Source of the DNA: an uncultured Bacilli bacterium
GTDB taxonomy: Bacteria; Bacillota_I; Bacilli_A; RF39; UBA660
Reading direction: 5' to 3'
NCBI GenBank assembly: GCA_947623815.1
Contig: CANQHO010000001.1
Coordinates: 1 to 61,730 of the forward strand
Length of the DNA stretch: 61,730 nucleotides
The notes beneath the pieces are model-generated. The model saw only the letters and a list, made by a program, of their open reading frames with translations, did not search any database and was not told where the DNA came from. The position numbers and the translations under genes are program-made. Within the stretch, counting starts at the first letter, position 1. Every line of letters begins with the position of its first letter. Positions 57,208 to 61,730 of the stretch are shown here, one piece after another.

Positions 57208-58979
57208 TGGTTAAGGGGCAAAAAATAAATGATCGATATGAAATCATTAGACTTATTGGTGAAGGTGGTATGGCAAATGTCTATTTGGCTTTAGATACAA
57301 TATTAGATCGCCAAGTAGCTGTTAAAGTATTGAGAGGAGACTTAGCTGAAGACGAAAAATTTGTAAGACGTTTTCAAAGAGAGGCTAATTCAGCAAGTAA
57401 AATAATTCATCCAAATATAGTTGAAATATACGATGTTGGTGAAGATCAAGGCGAATACTATATCGTAATGGAATATATAGATGGTAGAGACTTAAAAAGT
57501 CTAATCAAAAAACGAAAAGGTTTAACTATATCTGAAACTATAGATATTATGTTACAACTAACAAGTGCTGTCGCTTGTGCCCATGATAGTTATATAATTC
57601 ATCGAGATATAAAACCACAAAATATTTTAATTATGGACGATGGTAAAGTTAAAATCACTGATTTTGGAATTGCTCAAGCAATGAATAGTCAAGAAATGAC
57701 TCAAACTAACTCTGTAATGGGTTCGGTTCATTACATTGCACCAGAACAAGCAAATGGTAGTGGAACAACCGTAAAAAGTGATATTTATTCCCTTGGTATT
57801 TTAATGTATGAACTTTTAATTGGTAAAGTACCTTTTAAAGGAGAAAATGCGGTAGAAATAGCCTTAAAACAAATGAAAGAACCAATACCAAGTGTCATTG
57901 AACAAAAAGAAAACATTCCAATGTCCATTGAAAACATTATCAGAAGGGCTACTGCTAAAAACCCTAAAAATAGATATGATAGTGTTCAAGAAATGCATGA
58001 TGACATCAAAACAGCCTTAAGCAGAAATCGAATTGATGAAGACCCTATTACTTTTGAATACCCAGAACATGAAAACAAAAAAAATGAACGGGCTAGTCGT
58101 TTAGAAAAAAATGCTGTTAAAAATGAAGAAATAATCGAAGAAGAAAAAAGTAAAAAATCACTATGGATTACCTTGGGTATTCTAGGGGCAATAATTTTAA
58201 TAGCGTTAATATTCTTCTTATTTAAATTATTTACTAAAAAACCTGATATAAAAATTGCTGATGTAACTAATATGACTGTTGAAGAAGCCGAAGAAAAACT
58301 TACTGATCAAGGATTTAAAGTTGCTAGTGAAGATGTTGAAGAATATAACGACACCATCGAAGAAGGTAAAGTAATTAGAACTAATCCTAAAGCCGGAAGA
58401 AGTGTTAAAAAAGGTACTACTATTACATTATACGTATCTAAAGGTATTGAAGGATTTGATGCAGAAAATTACGTTGGTCAAAATTATTTAACCATTAAAG
58501 CAACCTTAGAAGGAAAAGGTATAATCGTAGAAGCAGAAGAAGAAGAACATACTAAAGATGATGGTAGTGAAGAAAACATAATTATTAAACAAGATGTTGA
58601 AGCCGGAACAAGATTAAAAAATGGTGATACAATTACCTTTACAATACCAAAATTTATTACCGTATATCCTGACTTTGTCAATGAAGTTTATACTGTAAAA
58701 GACGTTGAAGAATTCTGTAAGAAAAACAATATCGATTTAACAACCAAAGAAAAAGAAGATGCTAATCAAAAAGAAGGAACCATTGTTTATCAAAGTGTGG
58801 CTGCTGGTAAAAAAGTTACCAAAGGTGGTAAATTGACAATTACTGTTACTAAAAAACCGGTTGTAACTGAACCAACTCAACAAACTACACCAAATAATGA
58901 TCCAAATAATAATACTCAAACTGATGGAAGTACCAGTAATAAAACAACTACTAGTAATACCGGCCCATCAAATCAATAA
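57204..58979 (+). CDS. prkC: Ser/Thr protein kinase with three PASTA domains
   Basis: Hanks motifs GEGGMANVY, VAVK, HRDIKPQN, DFG and APE. One TM segment, three PASTA-like repeats, and a Thr/Asn-rich tail. Confidence 0.93.
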   Translation: MMVKGQKINDRYEIIRLIGEGGMANVYLALDTILDRQVAVKVLRGDLAEDEKFVRRFQREANSASKIIHPNIVEIYDVGEDQGEYYIVMEYIDGRDLKSLIKKRKGLTISETIDIMLQLTSAVACAHDSYIIHRDIKPQNILIMDDGKVKITDFGIAQAMNSQEMTQTNSVMGSVHYIAPEQANGSGTTVKSDIYSLGILMYELLIGKVPFKGENAVEIALKQMKEPIPSVIEQKENIPMSIENIIRRATAKNPKNRYDSVQEMHDDIKTALSRNRIDEDPITFEYPEHENKKNERASRLEKNAVKNEEIIEEEKSKKSLWITLGILGAIILIALIFFLFKLFTKKPDIKIADVTNMTVEEAEEKLTDQGFKVASEDVEEYNDTIEEGKVIRTNPKAGRSVKKGTTITLYVSKGIEGFDAENYVGQNYLTIKATLEGKGIIVEAEEEEHTKDDGSEENIIIKQDVEAGTRLKNGDTITFTIPKFITVYPDFVNEVYTVKDVEEFCKKNNIDLTTKEKEDANQKEGTIVYQSVAAGKKVTKGGKLTITVTKKPVVTEPTQQTTPNNDPNNNTQTDGSTSNKTTTSNTGPSNQ

Positions 58980-58990
58980 AGGATGAAAAT

Positions 58991-59818
58991 ATGAAACAAG
59001 GAAGAATTATCAAAATAATAAGTAATGATTACACCGTTTCACAAGGCGGAATTAAATACCTCTGTAAATGCCGAGGTATTTTTCGCAATAAAAAAATAAA
59101 ACCATTAGTTGGTGACTTAGTAGAGTTTAATGAAAAAGAAAATATCATTGAAAAAATACTACCAAGAAACAATGAACTAATAAGACCACCTGTTAGTAAT
59201 GTCGACCAAGCATTAGTTATTACCAGTGTTAAAGATCCGGATTTTTCCTCTAATTTACTTAGTAAACAATTAGTAATATTAGAATATAATCATATAACGC
59301 CAATAATTTGTTTTACTAAACTTGATTTATTAACTGATACCAATAAAATAAATAATTTAATTAAATATTATCAGAAAATAGGATATACAGTTTTAAAAAA
59401 TACCGAAATAAATAAAATTAAAAAATTATTTGAAAATAAAATAACTGTCTTTACCGGACAAACCGGAGCGGGAAAATCTAGTTTAATAAATAAATTAGAT
59501 AGTAATTTTAAACTAAAAACTGGTGAAATATCCAAAGCCTTAGGTCGGGGTAAACATACAACTAGACATACCGAATTATATTCTTTTAATAAAGGTCTTG
59601 TAGCGGATACTCCAGGTTTTTCTGACATTGATTTATCAAATCTATCCAAAGAAGATATTCGCGATAATTTTATTGAATTTGAACAATATAAAAGTAATTG
59701 TAAATATCGGGATTGTATGCACGACAAAGAAGATATTTGTGCGGTTAAAGAGGCTGTAAACAATAATTTAATTTTAAAAGAAAGATATCTTGACTATTTA
59801 AATTTTATACATAAGTAG
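58991..59818 (+). CDS. rsgA: ribosome small-subunit-dependent GTPase A
   Basis: Circularly permuted GTPase (TKLDL ... GQTGAGKSSLIN ... DTPGF) and a C-terminal Zn motif CKYRDCMHDKEDIC. Confidence 0.93.
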   Translation: MKQGRIIKIISNDYTVSQGGIKYLCKCRGIFRNKKIKPLVGDLVEFNEKENIIEKILPRNNELIRPPVSNVDQALVITSVKDPDFSSNLLSKQLVILEYNHITPIICFTKLDLLTDTNKINNLIKYYQKIGYTVLKNTEINKIKKLFENKITVFTGQTGAGKSSLINKLDSNFKLKTGEISKALGRGKHTTRHTELYSFNKGLVADTPGFSDIDLSNLSKEDIRDNFIEFEQYKSNCKYRDCMHDKEDICAVKEAVNNNLILKERYLDYLNFIHK

Positions 59819-59825
59819 GTGAAAT

Positions 59826-60473
59826 ATGGAAATAGGAATTAGTATATTAGATGTTAATGAAATAAACAATTTAAAAAAATTAAATGAATTAAATAATAAA
59901 TATTTACATTTAGACATTATGGATGGAAAATTTGTTACCAAAAAAACTTTACCTTTCAAAGATATAAAAGTACGAACTAATTTTTTTGATAAAAATATTG
60001 ATATTCATTTAATGGTTGATGATGTTGAAAAATATATCGATGAGTATAAAACATTAAAACCAGAGTATATTACTTTTCACATTGAAACAAACCAAAATAT
60101 AGAAAATATAATCGATAAACTTCATAATTTAAATATTAAAGTAGGTCTAGCAATTAAACCTAATACTCCAATTAACACTCTTCTTCCCTATTTAAATAAA
60201 GTAGATTTAGTTTTACTTATGAGTGTTGAACCCGGTTTAGGTGGACAAACTTTTTTAGATATTACTAAAAGTAGAATTGAAGAATTAGTAAATTTAAAAA
60301 AACAATTTAACAACTCTTTTAAAATAGAAGTAGATGGTGGTATTAAACCTGATACAATTAAATATATCAAAGATGCAGATATAATTGTGGTGGGAAGTTA
60401 TATAACCAAAAATACTGATTATCAAAAATGTTTGAATAATATAAATGAGGCTATAAATGATTGTAAAAATTGA
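59826..60473 (+). CDS. rpe: ribulose-phosphate 3-epimerase
   Basis: Motifs LHLDIMDG, HLMV, MSVEPGLGGQ and VDGGI. Confidence 0.92.
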   Translation: MEIGISILDVNEINNLKKLNELNNKYLHLDIMDGKFVTKKTLPFKDIKVRTNFFDKNIDIHLMVDDVEKYIDEYKTLKPEYITFHIETNQNIENIIDKLHNLNIKVGLAIKPNTPINTLLPYLNKVDLVLLMSVEPGLGGQTFLDITKSRIEELVNLKKQFNNSFKIEVDGGIKPDTIKYIKDADIIVVGSYITKNTDYQKCLNNINEAINDCKN

Positions 60474-61578
60474 TAAATTAGATAGTCAAGGAAGAGGTAT
60501 TGTCCGAGGAGAAAAAACAATTTTTGTCGATAATGCTTTAGAAGGTGAAATTGTCAATATAGAAATAACTAAAAATAGAAGTAAATACTGTTTAGGTAAA
60601 GTTATAAACTATATTGAAAAAAGTAACCAAAGGGTTGTTCCAATATGTCCTTATTACGATAAATGTGGTGGTTGTCAACTTATGCATTTATCTTATTCCA
60701 ATCAATTAAAATATAAAGAAAACAAAGTAAAAGAGATTGTCAATAAACAAATTGGCGAAATTAAAGTAAATAGTATAATTCCAAGTGAAGAATTATTTTA
60801 TCGTAATAAAGTAACTTTTCATGTGCAAAATAACAAAGTTGGTTTTTTTCAAAAACAAAGTCAAAATATTATTGAAATTGAAAAATGTTATTTACTAAAA
60901 AAAGAAATAAATGATAATCTTAAAAATATATTTCAAAATAAATTCCAAAATGATTATCCTTTAGTAATTAGAAGTGGTTTAGATAAAATTATTTACTGCC
61001 AACCTGATATAGATATAAATAAAGATTATATAATTGATGAAATAAATGGTTTTAAATTTTTAATATCACCTACTTCTTTTTTCCAAGTAAATACTAATCA
61101 GGCTAAAAAACTTTATCAACTGGTTAAAAATTATTTATCTTTAAATGACAATGATAAAGTTTTAGATTTATACTGTGGTACCGGTACTATTGGTATTACT
61201 TTAAGTAAAAATTGTCAATATGTTTATGGAGTAGAAATAAACAAACAAGCTATTGATGATGCGAATAAAAATAAACAGTTAAATAATGTTTCCAATATAT
61301 CCTTTAGTTGTTTGGATGCTAAAAATATAGATACTTTAAATTTGGATGTTAACAAAGTTGTAGTTGATCCACCCAGAGCAGGATTGGATAAAAATACTAT
61401 CAATTATTTACTAAATGGTAATTTTGATACTATTGTTTATGTATCTTGTGATATGATGACTTTAATAAGAGATATTAAATTATTACAAAACAAATATATT
61501 ATTAAAGAAATTACCCCAGTTGATATGTTTCCTCAAACATATCATATTGAATGTGTATGTTTATTAGAAAAAAATTAA
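60457..61578 (+). CDS. 23S rRNA (uracil-5-)-methyltransferase RlmD/RumA family (TRAM plus Fe-S plus SAM MTase)
   Basis: TRAM-like N-terminus, the cluster CPYYDKCGGCQLMH, the SAM motif LDLYCGTGTIG, VDPPRAG, and the C-terminal catalytic region MFPQTYHIECV. Confidence 0.88.
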   Translation: MIVKIDKLDSQGRGIVRGEKTIFVDNALEGEIVNIEITKNRSKYCLGKVINYIEKSNQRVVPICPYYDKCGGCQLMHLSYSNQLKYKENKVKEIVNKQIGEIKVNSIIPSEELFYRNKVTFHVQNNKVGFFQKQSQNIIEIEKCYLLKKEINDNLKNIFQNKFQNDYPLVIRSGLDKIIYCQPDIDINKDYIIDEINGFKFLISPTSFFQVNTNQAKKLYQLVKNYLSLNDNDKVLDLYCGTGTIGITLSKNCQYVYGVEINKQAIDDANKNKQLNNVSNISFSCLDAKNIDTLNLDVNKVVVDPPRAGLDKNTINYLLNGNFDTIVYVSCDMMTLIRDIKLLQNKYIIKEITPVDMFPQTYHIECVCLLEKN

Positions 61579-61605
61579 ATTATACTTTGTTACTACTCAG
61601 ACCTA

Positions 61606-61639
61606 AATAACAGAAAATAAATAATCTCTGTTATTTTTT
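61606..61639 (+). terminator. AT-rich rho-independent terminator candidate
   Basis: AATAACAGA-12 nt loop-TCTGTTATT followed by TTTT. Confidence 0.45.
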
Positions 61640-61730
61640 CGTGCCAAAATTAGGCAAATAATGCTTTGCCTTTTAATATTGCCTTAATACAGTTAAATAC
61701 ATTTAACTTTCTTAACTTAGCAGTTTTTAT

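Overview
61.7-kb chromosomal segment from a very AT-rich, low-G+C Gram-positive bacterium. Gene content (cwlD, prkC/prpC, addAB, class B sortase) points to Bacillota, possibly Erysipelotrichia or Clostridia, but I cannot verify taxonomy here. Standard code 11 fits. I saw no rRNA, tRNA, CRISPR array, integrase or transposase. From 226 to 36301 almost every gene is on the minus strand; from 36418 onward most are on the plus strand. Main blocks, left to right: (1) 226-6974 holds six co-directional genes from poorly characterised families: a phosphoesterase with a Zn ribbon, two orphans, a UPF0158-like protein, a SWIM protein and a tandem pRiA4b-ORF3/MM3350-like protein. This is the most accessory-looking part and my best candidate for an undescribed system, but clustering is the only evidence. 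(2) 7401-15995 is a nucleotide-metabolism block: trpS, dut, an NrdD paralogue that has lost both the thiyl-radical Cys and the glycyl-radical motif, trxB, an NrdD fused to a CPNC redoxin domain, nrdG, and a divergent Crp/Fnr regulator with a palindromic box placed as in class II activation. (3) htrA, a solitary HEPN/Abi_2 gene, cwlD, and a nucleoside phosphorylase with an in-frame TAA. (4) ileS with an Ile (AUC) T-box leader, a consensus promoter and an upstream block of helically phased A-tracts. (5) an HD (SAMHD1/dNTPase-like) protein fused to a CYTH domain. (6) a sortase B locus with two paralogous NPKT[AS]D-anchored proteins, one carrying ten 38-aa four-cysteine repeats. (7) CBS-pyrophosphatase, an iron-sulfur flavoprotein-like gene, an ArsC/Spx-family gene frameshifted in an A7 run, and an MMPL/RND transporter with eight ~79-aa repeats in its second loop. 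(8) add, addBA, a glucosaminidase, a Ca-ATPase, an orphan AbiEi-like gene, an orphan cluster-A SBP with yidD, and an FAD oxidoreductase next to a GtrA-fused membrane protein. (9) the conserved rnc / rlmN-prpC-prkC-rsgA-rpe-rlmD core block. All family assignments come from motifs read by eye in the translations. No database search was run.
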